A stretch of DNA of 62,410 nt, counting the filler. It is 9 parts of 9 records of this genome, joined end to end, with 100 filler letters (N's around TTAATTAATTAA, not from the genome) between each part and the next. Parts side by side here need not be neighbours in the genome. Positions count along the whole stretch, not along the records: positions 1 to 13,999 come from SRR7504441_9123; 8 more parts are not named here. One strand, given 5' to 3'. The notes beneath the pieces are model-generated. The model saw only the letters and a list, made by a program, of their open reading frames with translations, was not told the origin of the DNA and made no database searches. A program made the translations under genes and the position numbers. This document shows, in pieces, positions 1 through 10,714 of this stretch; within the stretch, counting starts at the first letter, position 1; each line of letters opens with the position of its first letter.

Positions 1-494
1 CTTGGTCTAGGTTATATACACGCCCGAGGACTTCGGCGCGAGCGCATGTCTGCTCTATATGCGTCCTCATCCCTCCGTGATCTGGCACCTTGTAGAGGTT
101 CAGTCCAAAGTTGCCATAGTTGTGAGCGCCCAATGCCCTCAGCATCGTCAGCTTGGACGAAGCGAGCGGCGAAACAGATGGGCACTGAGCGGGATTGATC
201 ATGAAAGGAATCATGCGATCGGTGCCACGGGTCCGCCCTAGAGCAGCATGACTGCCTGATATGAGTGGAAACTGGAAAGCGGTATCCGTACTTGGGGGTA
301 GAATTATCTGGGTGGCCAGCGGGTGGTCTACGTGGTCTAGTGGCTAGCTGCGGGGTGGTCAACGCCGCACCACTCCGGTGACTGCCCGCGCGCCGCCTGC
401 TTCGAATCTCGACTGCCCGGCCGCGCCGCCTTCCCGAGAACAATTTGCAAGGCAAAGCCGGCGCCGCCCCGCGGTCACCAAAAGTCCTCGGGAG

Positions 495-3266
495 ATGGAT
501 GTGTACGCGGTGCTCGAGGTAGTGCTCGGCTGGGTGTCGCTGGAGCCCGGGCCGTGGCTGGGGGACCTGGCGCTCTGGCTGGCCCTGGCCGGGGTGGTCA
601 CGCTGCCGCTGGCCACCCTCCTGTTCAATGTGCTGGTCCGGCCTCCCCAGCCTCAACCGAGCGTGTGCCGGCCCCTCGAGCCGTTGCCCGACGAGCTGCC
701 CGACCGGTGGCTGGTCCAGCGGGCGATCAAGGGCCAGTTCCAGCAGGACTATCTCGGCTGGCTCCGCCAAAACCAGGCTGAGCCCCGCCGACTGGCGCTC
801 GGGCTGGCCTCGCACCCTCTGTACCAGGACCCAGCCGGCCTCCAAGCACTCGGCCGGTCGTGCTTGGCGCTGACCGATTCGGTACTCGGGGGCGAGGTGC
901 TGGTGGCCATCCCGCGCTCCATGGTGCTCGGGCCGGCCGCCGCTCGGCAGTCGCCGATCGGCGAATCGATCGCCCAGCTGCCGGGGCGGGTGGCGGTGGT
1001 TCTGCACTTAATGTGGGAACAGGCTGACCCAGACTCGGCCTGGAGAGCCTACCTGGACACGCTGCCCGAGACCGCCCCGTCGCTCCCGTGCTGGCTGGAC
1101 GCCCCGGAAGCTCGGCCGCTCGACCAGTTCTCTGTGATGGCGCAAGCGAGGGCATTGGTAGAGTGGCGCACGCGCGATTGGGATGAGCATGTCCGACCGT
1201 GGCTGGCGCAACGGCCGGAGCTAGACCCGGGGCCGTTCAGCCTGGGCAAGTACCTGTCCGCCTGTGCCATGCGCGCGGCGCGCTCTAGTGGTGTGTTGGA
1301 GATTAGTAAGAGTCAAGACCGTTCCGACTCCGGGATGGCGCCAGTTCTAGACCTGCTCTGGCACCGGCCCGGGAGCGCATGGACGGTGCAGGACGGCACG
1401 CTGCACGCGGCCGCCCCAGCAGAGCCCGGCCAGCTGCTAATGTGTGACTTTGGGCCGCTCGACAACGACACTTTGCTACTCAAGTTCGGGTGAGCCAGGC
1501 TAGCTGCGCTGGCTAACTGGGGGGGCAGGTACTGTCTTGAGCACAACCCGCACGACTCCGTGGAGATCGTGGTCGGCTTGGACGACATGCGGCCGGCGCT
1601 GCCCGTCAAGGCACCGCTTTTATTGACTTAAGGCTGACTGTGAAGCAGAGCGAGTTTCTCGCAGAGGCCAGCTTGCTGTCGGCCGGCAGTAGTGGCGTGG
1701 ACAAGGCCGGCCAGCGGCACCAAGGCGCGCGCGTGTTTGGGCTGCACCGGGACACGGTTCCTCGGGCGCTGATGCTGCTTCTCCGTGTGTTGGTGGCAGT
1801 TGCCGGCGAGCTGTCTCACGAGTTACTCTCCGGGGCTCCGCTCAACCCACGGAACGAAATCGCCGCGCTGCGCCTGCTGTGCGACAAGTGCCAGGTCGCG
1901 CTCGCTGGCGGGTGCGCGGCGGGCGATGGGGTGGATGAGGAGGTGCTCTCCTCGCGGAGGCCAATGCCAGCCCGTGTGCGTTGGGGGACCGTTCTGCGGG
2001 TTTCTCAGAGGACGATACTGAGGGAGACTCTTCGGAGGGCCGAGCGACTCGCCTCCGCCGCCATAGACTACGACGCGACAGGTGATCGCCTGGCCGGCCT
2101 GTTATTCACCCGGATGGGCAGTATCCAAGACCAGCTTGAGGCCTGCAATGGACCCGAGTGCTCGTGTCCCAGCCGTCCTCGCGCTGTTCGAGCAAAGCGT
2201 CAAGCAGTCAGGGGCTCGCACCCAGCCGGCCATCGCAGAGCTGCGGCAGCGGTTCGCCCCCGAGGCGTTTGCGGCCGCGTCGGTGGCGGCATCCGAGGAC
2301 CAGGCGCCGCTGCTCGAGGCTCTGATCACTGCCGAGCTTGTGAGCTGTCACCAGACCGATGGACTCGGACGGTCGCTGCTCCACTTGGCGGCGCGGCGTG
2401 GGGCTACCAGGGCAGTGGCGGCGCTTCTGGCCCAGCCGGATCCCGCAGTGAATCTGAGGGCTACAAGGGCAGACGGTGCGACAGCGCTGCACCATGCGGC
2501 GGCTGCAGGGCACGAGCAGATCGCGAGCCTGCTGCTGCAGGCCGATGCAGACCCCGATGTGATGAGTATAGAGGACGGATACAGCTGTCTGCACTACGCA
2601 GCACTCACTGGGAGCAGTGGGCTGGTAGAGGAGCTGACCAAGGCGCGAGCCACAGTGGATGCAGTCAGCCTGACTGGTGCCACACCGCTGCACGTGGCAG
2701 CGTTGGCTGGGCATCTAGAATGTGCCCGTGCGCTTCTCAGAGCTGGGGCAGACCTGACAAAGGAATGCTGCGAAACCGACGACCAAGGCAAGCTGATGGA
2801 TCCGGCAGGAATTGCAGCCGCGGGTGGACATCATGAACTTGTAAGCTTCTTGCGGACTCAGGCGCAGCCCAGGGGCCAAGCTGCTGCAGTGATAGATGGC
2901 ACGCGTGAGATCACGGCACCCGGGGACAAAGCCCTGACACTGACGGGGCTGCTTCAAAAGGAATACAAAATCAGCGCTGCAGATGCTGAGAACCTTGCAG
3001 CCAGTGCGCTGACAGATATCTGGGAGGGATTCGCAAAGCTGAAGACTGCACCGTCAAGTGTAAGTGCGCACCGGTTACTTGGAGTACTAAAGACTTTTCT
3101 GCTGAAAGAGCCAGCAACGTATGCTGGTCAAATTGAGAGCCTGCTTAGCAAGTATGATGAGCAGGAGTCGCTGGCGCAAGATGACCAGACTCTCTTTGAC
3201 GGGTTGGTGGATAGTATTGAAACCAGCTTATTGGTAGCTTGTCCGCGATCAAACAAGACAGCATGA
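495..3266 (+). CDS. SET-domain (Rubisco LSMT/SETD3-like) methyltransferase fused to ankyrin repeats, N-terminal TM segment; 4 exons
   Basis: ATG 495. Introns 1490-1528 (GT-AG, GCTAAC branch), 1611-1648 (GC-AG) and 2082-2121 (GT-AG) join the track ORFs into one frame. Motifs: SAWRAYLDTLP, PVLDLLWH, DFGPLDNDTLLLKFGY, and ankyrin GATALHHAA / GATPLHVAA. Confidence 0.8.
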
Positions 3267-3473
3267 TATCGATGTGATGTGCATTACTAATCACAACTAT
3301 GATCACGACGACAAATGCATGTACATATGATTGTGATGAAATCTAAAACCATGATCACGCGTATACAATGCTCATAGGAGTACTCTAGACCAATGATAAA
3401 AATGCAAGTAAATACAAGTACACATGTACTTGTACGAGTACGTCACACTACTCTCCGGCAGGCCTAGGAGTGG

Positions 3474-4475
3474 TCACAATAGTTGCAATTGCGCCTCGCT
3501 CAACTCGGCGCGTAAACAAGCCTTCGGCAGCTTTCGCTTGATGGTGCCCGAGCTCGTCCCCGCCTCGTGCGGGCAGTGATTGAACGACTCGCCCGCCCTG
3601 AACCCGTCCCTCCGCAGCTGCTGCACCTCCTGGCTGGCCAGCTCTCGGGGAGTCATCGCCACGCACACGGAAAGCCGGGCAAGTTCGTGCGGGTCTGTCT
3701 CACCGGTGCCGACCAGACCCCCGTGAACTGTGCGAGAATCCCATAGGATCAGATCACCGGGCTCGGCGTGCAACAGCAGACTGGCCGCGTGCGCAGGGTC
3801 AGCCTCGTCAAGCAGGCACCAGTCGCCCCGAGTGGCCAGATGAGGGTACCGCTCACGGCAGGTCTGCTTCGCCGGCTCGGAGTGGCTCCCCGGTACCACC
3901 TGCAGCCCGCCGGTGCGCTCGTCCACCGGGAGTAAAGGCATCATCCCCTGGACGCAATCCAGCCCCGGCTTGCTGAACGGATTCTGGTCGAGGTGGAGAC
4001 CCTCGGTGTGCGGACGCCAGCGCTCGTCTGCCGACCAGGGCCGCCAGGCGAGCACCGTGTCCATTGAGACAATCAGCTCATCCGTCCCCCAGATCTGCTC
4101 GAATGCCGCCTTCACCCGCGGCAGCCCGCGCACAACCCAGGCCCCGGCACTCTGCGAGAACTTGGCTAGCAGCCCAGTCTCGGGCAGCCAGCCTCCGGAC
4201 CAGCTCTCGGGCCGGCCGCGAGTCACCCCGTGCGCCGCCTCCAGGTCGCGCCAGAGCAGCGCCCGGGCAGCCTCTGCCTGCTCGGGGGAGGCCAGGCGCC
4301 GGAGCACGCAGTACCCCTCGGTCTGGAGGTGGCCCAGCCAGCTCGGATCCTCCAGCTCAAACCGGTAGCTCGCGGCTCCCGGGGGGCACTCGCGGGTGCT
4401 CGCTGCCTCATCGACCGTCGCCACGCTCTTGTGCTCCTCCTGGAGCTGCTCGGTCGACTTGCAGCTGTTCCCCAT
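3474..4475 (-). CDS. PhyH-like Fe(II)/2-oxoglutarate dioxygenase, possible N-myristoylation (MGNSCKS)
   Basis: Intronless. GLHLDQN (HxD), GGLQVVPGSH, GDLILWDSRTVHG. Confidence 0.85.
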   Translation of the reverse strand: MGNSCKSTEQLQEEHKSVATVDEAASTRECPPGAASYRFELEDPSWLGHLQTEGYCVLRRLASPEQAEAARALLWRDLEAAHGVTRGRPESWSGGWLPETGLLAKFSQSAGAWVVRGLPRVKAAFEQIWGTDELIVSMDTVLAWRPWSADERWRPHTEGLHLDQNPFSKPGLDCVQGMMPLLPVDERTGGLQVVPGSHSEPAKQTCRERYPHLATRGDWCLLDEADPAHAASLLLHAEPGDLILWDSRTVHGGLVGTGETDPHELARLSVCVAMTPRELASQEVQQLRRDGFRAGESFNHCPHEAGTSSGTIKRKLPKACLRAELSEAQLQLL

Positions 4476-4583
4476 GCTGAGGTCGGTGGTACCTGGTACA
4501 CCACCGGTTCGGACCAACGGAGATCTCGAAATTGGCTCTACCTGCAGCTGGCAGACAACGCTTTATTAAATACGGTAGACTAC

Positions 4584-6389
4584 TTACCACCTACCGGTCC
4601 AAACCGAACTCTGACAGCCTCCATTCTCGACACATGCCTCAGTGGCCTTGAAGCAGCATTGTGCCTGCGTCTTATACCCAACGCTGGTGTTGGCCAACGA
4701 GCACCATCCTTGCGTATCGGCACAACCCGGCCCAATTGCAACACGAAACGGCGGAGCAGGGAGCGCTGTGAGCGACTCAAAGTCTCCAGCCGAACTGTAG
4801 AGCACGCACTGCGGAAAGCCTTGCCACGCATACCTGACCTCTGTAGCTTGCACTCCAGCCGTGGCCAGCCTGACAGTGCTGTCGCTGATCGTGAAGTTTG
4901 CTCTTGTCCAGCTGCCATCAGCAAGTCCCAGCTCGAATGGAGACTCGTGGCAGCCAAGCTCGCTGCCCGTGGTGTTGTAGGCTCGGGCAGGCGCAGCGTG
5001 CAAAGCGGAGGCGCCCGAGAACGGTAGTGCCAGTACCCGATCTGACTCGAGCACAGGGGCGGCACTGAGGACAGGACCGGTCGCGGTGACAGCAACATGA
5101 TACACATGTTTGAGTATCTGTAAGGCCAGTCTGTGCCCATCCGGCTGCTTGGCGGTGCTGTGGACGCCTCCGCCCGGAAGTCCAAGGTCGATTGCTGTGA
5201 TAAAACCAACGGGAGGTGCAAGCGCTAGAAATGACCGGCTGGCCTGCCGGATGTAGGCCCAAACTTGGGCGTTGAGCGCCCTGGAAGGGTAATTGTCGCA
5301 TGCCGACAGCTCGACGTTGAAGAACGGAAGTTCCGGTGAATCGAACAACAATCGCCAGTCCTGCACGGCTGCGTGTATGCGGCATGCGTAGTTTGTGGGG
5401 CCTGCCAGACTGCCTTGGAACGTGTCCTGCCCGGCCCAATCATCAATCCCGGGCGAGCCCAGCGGCACCGTGTTGGACTCTCCCTGGTACCAGAGCATCG
5501 CCTTGAACCTCATCTTCCTTATCGGCCAGAGCATCCCGTTGTAATTACAAGAGCAAAGGTTGCCCGAGTTGCTCGAATTCATCCGGGCACAAGCAGCCGC
5601 CTCCCCATCCCCGGCCAGGCAAGGCCCGCAGCCGGCCGTGCCAGTCCCTGGGCAGCTGGCGAGCGCTGCGGGCGACATCCAGGCCTCGATCCGTGTGCCG
5701 CCCCAGGCTGCTTCGACAAGCCCTACCGGGACTCTGCTCTGCAGTGCTAACATCAGAGCCCGGCCCGTGGTGTAACAGACGGCAGAGAACTGGCCCAACT
5801 GGCTGGACATCCGGCCCCACGGGGCACCGCAGCGGTCGGTGCACCGGCCGGGCCTTCCAGCCCAATCGTGCTCCCAGTTGAGGCTCTCGATCGTATGGTT
5901 TGGCGAGGAGTAATGGTCCACCCGCATCACCCTAATCAGCCGCCCCAGAAGATCCGACTCGGCCAGCAGGGCCGAGCCGTTCGCCACTCCGGCCAGCGGG
6001 AGCTCCATGTTCGACTGGCCCGAGCACAATATGACGTCCCCAAACGCCACGTCCAGCAGGCTCACCCCGGCGCCCGAGCTCGAGTTCACGTGCACCGAGT
6101 AGCCGACGCCCGGGAGCTGGGCGGGCAGCTGGACGCGCCACTCGCCGCCTGGCCCGTCGGCCCGGGCGGCCGCTCTGGCAGTGATCTGGCCGGCCGCGTC
6201 GGCCACCGTCACATGGAGCTCGGCTGCCCGGGCCTCCCCGAGGCCCCACAGGGTAGCGTTGGCCCGGTCGAGCACCATGCCGTCCGAGCACGCCCCGCCG
6301 CACAGCTGCAGCAGCTTCTCCCCGGATGTCGGCCGGGTCAACGCAGCCGACACTGCCGCGAGCAGCACGAAGCTCCTCCCGCTGACCAT
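4584..6389 (-). CDS. Secreted sialate O-acetylesterase (SASA/SGNH family)
   Basis: Signal peptide. FGDVILCSGQSNM, WGGTRIEAW, LWYQGESN, VRYAW. Intronless. Confidence 0.9.
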   Translation of the reverse strand: MVSGRSFVLLAAVSAALTRPTSGEKLLQLCGGACSDGMVLDRANATLWGLGEARAAELHVTVADAAGQITARAAARADGPGGEWRVQLPAQLPGVGYSVHVNSSSGAGVSLLDVAFGDVILCSGQSNMELPLAGVANGSALLAESDLLGRLIRVMRVDHYSSPNHTIESLNWEHDWAGRPGRCTDRCGAPWGRMSSQLGQFSAVCYTTGRALMLALQSRVPVGLVEAAWGGTRIEAWMSPAALASCPGTGTAGCGPCLAGDGEAAACARMNSSNSGNLCSCNYNGMLWPIRKMRFKAMLWYQGESNTVPLGSPGIDDWAGQDTFQGSLAGPTNYACRIHAAVQDWRLLFDSPELPFFNVELSACDNYPSRALNAQVWAYIRQASRSFLALAPPVGFITAIDLGLPGGGVHSTAKQPDGHRLALQILKHVYHVAVTATGPVLSAAPVLESDRVLALPFSGASALHAAPARAYNTTGSELGCHESPFELGLADGSWTRANFTISDSTVRLATAGVQATEVRYAWQGFPQCVLYSSAGDFESLTALPAPPFRVAIGPGCADTQGWCSLANTSVGYKTQAQCCFKATEACVENGGCQSSVWTGRW

Positions 6390-6435
6390 CTCACCAGCCA
6401 GCTGCCAGCGTTTTTATGATCTTTTTTATTTTTGG

Positions 6436-6441
6436 CAACGG
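6436..6441. promoter_or_regulatory. YAACGG motif in T-rich bidirectional promoter (representative copy)
   Basis: CAACGG in the 116-bp gap between divergent ATGs 6389 and 6506. The same motif recurs in about 12 other upstream gaps (see findings). Confidence 0.55.
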
Positions 6442-6505
6442 ACGATTTTTCTGTTATTTTTCAGTTATCCACCAAGTCTGCTTCCCGCTCGATCCTCTGT
6501 GCGCA

Positions 6506-7080
6506 ATGGTAGCTCTCCCTCCATTTTAGCGCGGGCTGATACCACCGGGGCCGGGGGCGTGTCCGAGGGGCATGTGTACACCCGAAAGATAGATCTTCCT
6601 TGTGCCTCTACCCCGTGCTTGGCATCCCCTCTGCCACGCCCGCCTTGAGCTTGATCATGACTTGTCTCGCAGGCTTTCGTCCCCTACTCTGCAGGCTACG
6701 GCTACCCCTACGGCTACCCCGGCGCTTACGGCCCGTACGGCCCTTCGCTCGAGGAGGTCAAGAAGATCCGTGAGGCCGAGGAGAAGGCCTTCAAGGATGC
6801 CGAGGCCAAGCGTCTCGAGCTGATCGAGGCCGAGAAGAAGCAATACGAGGAGTACGTCGCCGCCCAGAAGAAGGCCGTCGAGGATGCCGTTGCCAAGGAG
6901 AAGGAGTTCTACGAGAAGGAGCGTGAGCTAGTCAAGAAGCTCGGAGGATACCCGTACGCCTTCGGCGGCGCCTACGGCTACGGATACCCTGGCTACTCCG
7001 CCGGGTACTCCGCTGGCCACCCATACGGCGCTGGCTACTACGGTGCCCGTGCTGGCTACGGCTACCCGTACCGCTTCTAA
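6506..7080 (+). CDS. 136-aa tripartite protein: Gly/Tyr/Pro-rich ends flanking an E/K/A-rich helix (absent from ORF track)
   Basis: ATG-only exon 1 (6506-6508), GT-AG intron 6509-6672, exon 2 6673-7080 ending TAA. Reads MAFVPYSAGYGYPYGYPGAYGPYGPSLEEVKKIREAEEK...GYGYPYRF. Extreme TAC/AAG/GAG codon bias. Confidence 0.85.
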
Positions 7081-7265
7081 GCGGCCATTGCGATCCGATC
7101 CAAAGGTGTGAAACCATATCAAGATCGAGAGAAGTCGACCCACCTTGGGGAGATGAGCAATGTTCTTATTAATTATTATGTAGATGTCCTTCTAACAAAA
7201 CCTACCGAGAAATAAACACAGAGGAAAAGTAATTGCACATGGTCGCTTTATGATTGGTTTCATAT

Positions 7266-9455
7266 TCAATAGGTGACGATGACGTAGATGCTCGCCATGA
7301 TGACCGGTTCAGCTTGTTGCCAGGCACTTGCCGGTCCTGGGTCCGGAGCACTCCCATTCCACAAGCCGATGTAAGACAAGCCGTTTGGACCGACCAGCGC
7401 CGCCTTGGTCACGTCGGTCTGCCATAGCGTCACGGGGTGCCCGTTGCACCAGCCGTCTCGGCCGTAGAGCCAGGTTCCATACTCGTTTGGCACAACCCCA
7501 GACGAGACATACTCGGTGCAACCGAGTTGTTGGTTGGTCGCAGGCAGCGAGTTATTCTTGACAAACTTGTATCCATTCAGAGTGAAGACGTGCGTCGTGG
7601 CACAAAACTCACCGCATCCGTGCTGATCATTCCCGTGGCCCGTTATGTACGCAGCCAGCTGCACCCGGCCAGGCGTTTGACTCAAATTGAAACTGAAAGC
7701 TGGGAACCGCTGGCTGTAGCTTTGGTTGAAGAACACCCAGCGGAAGACGGCAGCTATTCCTCCAGATTCGGTGGTGGTTCCGATCCACGGAGTCAGCACA
7801 GAAGAAACTACTGAAGGCCCTAGTTGACGGCGAAGTGATAGCGTGACCAGCCAAGGAATCGCACCCTGGTTGCCTGCCCACGGTGCGCTGAAGGCTGTTA
7901 AATTGCACTGACCGGCCGGGCTGGTTTGGAGCAGCCCCGCGATGGGAGTGATGTCAGTGAGCCAATGGCCCTCGCTCCGACCAAAGCTGGTCATCCACCG
8001 GCCGAGCTCGGGACCAGACTGGGCATCGCAGAAGGAGCCTTCGGTGCAGCAGCTGCGCAGGGTGACGATGTGGTCCCACTGGGCGCAGCTCTTATCTGTC
8101 AAACCGGCACAGGAGATCTGCATGTCCAGGAATAACCTTTGCGTGCTATGAATCTGGAGCTCTGCCTGCGGTATCTTGGCCCATGGGCCACACCCGTACG
8201 GCGAGGCTCCATAGCAGTTACCAGATGCAGGCCGTAAGTGCTGCTTGCTGAACACTTGCACGGCAGAAGGCAGCTGCTCGATCCTGCTGCGCAGCTGATC
8301 CAGATACTGCAGGCCCTCAGCCGCCCATCGAAGGAAGCCCATATCGGGGTACAGCTTTGCCGACTTATCGCCCGGGTTGCCATCAACCTCACCAGCCCCG
8401 AGTCCGCTCCCGCCCCAAGACTCGGCGAGTGTCCCATCTGCCGCGATAGCAAAGTCTGTCCCATCAGCCTTGCCCGTGACGAACTCTACTCTAGCCTTAC
8501 CTTGCCCAATCACCCGCTGCAGCCACGCCCCTGCGCTGGCAGTTATCATCGTCAGTGGCAGCTGCGCCGCGGAGCTGCACTCGGCCCCGTTGCAACTGAG
8601 TGCATACAGCGGGCCTGCTGCGACTAGTACGAGAGCACTTGCGTTAACCAAGAGAGCGACTCGGACTTTCTGCCAGGCGTCGCAGCTCGGACTGTCCGGG
8701 CCCACGGCAACAACTCCAGTGTGATTCCCGGCCGGGTAGCCCGCGCAAGGGTCGGGCACCCAGATCAGCTCTAGAGACCGGTTGTGGAGCACGCCCGACG
8801 GGTCCTCGCTCCAGCCTAGCCAGTCGTACTGTGCGTCCAGCCGAGCTAGGCCCACCGGGCGACCGGCCCCGCGGATGAGCATCTGGTCCCGGGTGGTGCT
8901 CCATTCTGCGAGCAGTGTGGCCACCCAGCCAGTCGGTGGTTGCAGTCCAAAGTGGAGCCTCTTGCGCGCCCTGGCCCGGGCCGCGGTGCCGATTCCAAGC
9001 TGGAGCATTCGCAGCTCCATTTGCTCAGCTAGCTGATGCACCGACGGCTGGGGCTCGTCGCAGGGTCCCGGCGAGGAGCAGTTCTGCCCCGGGATGAAGA
9101 TGTGGTCACTATTCACGGTGCCCGCCGCCAGCCCGGTTAGCAGCCCATCCCAGGCCTGTGGCCGGGTCCACAGGCTGAGGCTGAAGCCGCTCCGACCGTC
9201 CAGCACGTTGAACACCGCCGGCCGGGGATGGGCGCCGGCTACGAAGCGCCCGGCGAGCGTAGCCAGGCTGAGCGGTGGGGCCGGGGCACCTGGGAGCAGC
9301 CGAGGCGGCGGCTGCGGCGGGGGAGTGGCAGTCCAGGGGTAGGTCCGCGGGGCTGGACGCGGTCGAAGGTGGCCCGCAGCCGGCAGGAGCCCGAGGGCTG
9401 GAGCTACCACGGCGCAGGCGAGCAGCGCACTCCAGTGACTCCACCCTCGCTTCAT
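7266..9455 (-). CDS. Secreted protein with peptide-N-glycosidase F C-terminal-like domain
   Basis: Signal peptide from MKRGW. ELGRWMTSF, ITGHG...GCGEFC, GTWLYGRDGWCNG. Intronless. Confidence 0.8.
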   Translation of the reverse strand: MKRGWSHWSALLACAVVAPALGLLPAAGHLRPRPAPRTYPWTATPPPQPPPRLLPGAPAPPLSLATLAGRFVAGAHPRPAVFNVLDGRSGFSLSLWTRPQAWDGLLTGLAAGTVNSDHIFIPGQNCSSPGPCDEPQPSVHQLAEQMELRMLQLGIGTAARARARKRLHFGLQPPTGWVATLLAEWSTTRDQMLIRGAGRPVGLARLDAQYDWLGWSEDPSGVLHNRSLELIWVPDPCAGYPAGNHTGVVAVGPDSPSCDAWQKVRVALLVNASALVLVAAGPLYALSCNGAECSSAAQLPLTMITASAGAWLQRVIGQGKARVEFVTGKADGTDFAIAADGTLAESWGGSGLGAGEVDGNPGDKSAKLYPDMGFLRWAAEGLQYLDQLRSRIEQLPSAVQVFSKQHLRPASGNCYGASPYGCGPWAKIPQAELQIHSTQRLFLDMQISCAGLTDKSCAQWDHIVTLRSCCTEGSFCDAQSGPELGRWMTSFGRSEGHWLTDITPIAGLLQTSPAGQCNLTAFSAPWAGNQGAIPWLVTLSLRRQLGPSVVSSVLTPWIGTTTESGGIAAVFRWVFFNQSYSQRFPAFSFNLSQTPGRVQLAAYITGHGNDQHGCGEFCATTHVFTLNGYKFVKNNSLPATNQQLGCTEYVSSGVVPNEYGTWLYGRDGWCNGHPVTLWQTDVTKAALVGPNGLSYIGLWNGSAPDPGPASAWQQAEPVIMASIYVIVTY

Positions 9456-9743
9456 TTTTGTGTTTTGTGTCATAAAGGGCGTCATGATGCAGGGTGGGCG
9501 GCCCATCGCTAAATGCTTGCGTCAATCTACCCGTACTGCATTCTACTAAGCGCTTTAGTGTTTAACAATTCATGAGTATATTCGTATATTCTGCAACCCC
9601 TCCGTGAGAGTCCGAGATTCGTTTGGTGTTACTGTACGTACGTGTGGACCGAATATCAAAGTATCATCAATCAGGACACCCAGCACTTGGGCCGGGGTCG
9701 GGTGGAGTCCGGCCAAGAGGGGTTGGCACACACCCATAGCGGT

Positions 9744-10568
9744 CTAGGCCTGACTTGTCTTGGTCCATGCGTTCCCGTCGGGCCAAGTAATCTTCCCATT
9801 AGCATAATTGCCCGTCAAGCTCGCAGGCCCGCCCTTCGGCCGGAAGTCCACCTCGAATCCGCCGTCCGCGGACAGGCGGCCCTGAAGCTTGAAGAAGCTT
9901 TTGCCGTCATCAGTCCCCACAATCTGCCCGCTGCTAGCTACCATCCGCAGCCCAGCCAGCTCGACGCCCTTGACAAGGTGGTTCGGGTCAACGTAAACCC
10001 CCGCGATCCCGTCCACCGATTCCGTCGGCCCGGTTGGCCGCGCTCGGCGACGCACGCTGGCGGATCGCCGGCGGGCGGTCGGTCGTACGGGAGGCCCTGG
10101 CGGGGGGTTGCCGCCGGCCTTGACGTCGGCGCACTTGGCCGCAGTGATCGACTGGCACTTCTTCGATGTGATCCTACACATCTGGCGGGCCTTCTCTAGC
10201 CGACCGGTGTACTTGGGCCGACGGTTCTCATCTGGACAGCCAGCCCGCTGCTCGGTCGGGGGGTGCTGGGCGTCGCCGACTTTAAAATATCCGTCGGTAG
10301 TCCACAGCTCGACTTCAGATGGTTTGCACTCGACCAGTCTGCCCAGGTTGGTCTCGGGGGGCGGCCGGGTCTTCTGGGCTTCGGAGAAGGCGTCGAGAGA
10401 AGGCACGTAACTTTGGCAGTCCTTGGTCTTCTGGAAGACGCACACGTCGCACGCGATCCGGTCGCGAGTGCTGATGTACTTGGTGCTAGAGCTGGCCATC
10501 TCCTCCCAGCTGCTCTCCTGGCCCGCCGCAGCGCCCAGCAGCGCGAACAGCAGCGCGAGCCACCTCAT
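9744..10568 (-). CDS. Secreted Cys-containing protein with C-terminal YVDPNH...VDFxPKGGP...WPDGNxW domain, function unknown
   Basis: Signal peptide MRWLALLFALLG; single ORF; the C-terminal motif set resembles uncharacterised algal/protist proteins. Confidence 0.7.
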   Translation of the reverse strand: MRWLALLFALLGAAAGQESSWEEMASSSTKYISTRDRIACDVCVFQKTKDCQSYVPSLDAFSEAQKTRPPPETNLGRLVECKPSEVELWTTDGYFKVGDAQHPPTEQRAGCPDENRRPKYTGRLEKARQMCRITSKKCQSITAAKCADVKAGGNPPPGPPVRPTARRRSASVRRRARPTGPTESVDGIAGVYVDPNHLVKGVELAGLRMVASSGQIVGTDDGKSFFKLQGRLSADGGFEVDFRPKGGPASLTGNYANGKITWPDGNAWTKTSQA

Positions 10569-10714
10569 AGTAGGCTTCGATCCGCGAGGCCGATGCTGAT
10601 GAGAAGGGAAAGAAAGTGAGGTTTTCACTGTTTTCATTGGCGGCTGTCCATGGGCATGGCAATCAGGCTTAGACATGGCTCGTCAATCAAGAATGATCTA
10701 GAGGTATGGAGTAG

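Noticed and set aside
1490-1648. Stop-codon reassignment or readthrough to explain broken ORFs
   Set aside because: In-frame stops and frameshifts are explained by short introns, and genes end in TAA, TAG and TGA.
6630-6675. TPP-riboswitch-like 3' half in the GYP intron (CCTTGAGCTTGATC...CGCAGG)
   Set aside because: It lacks CUGAGA and the UAAU loop; the resemblance is explained by branch and acceptor sequence.
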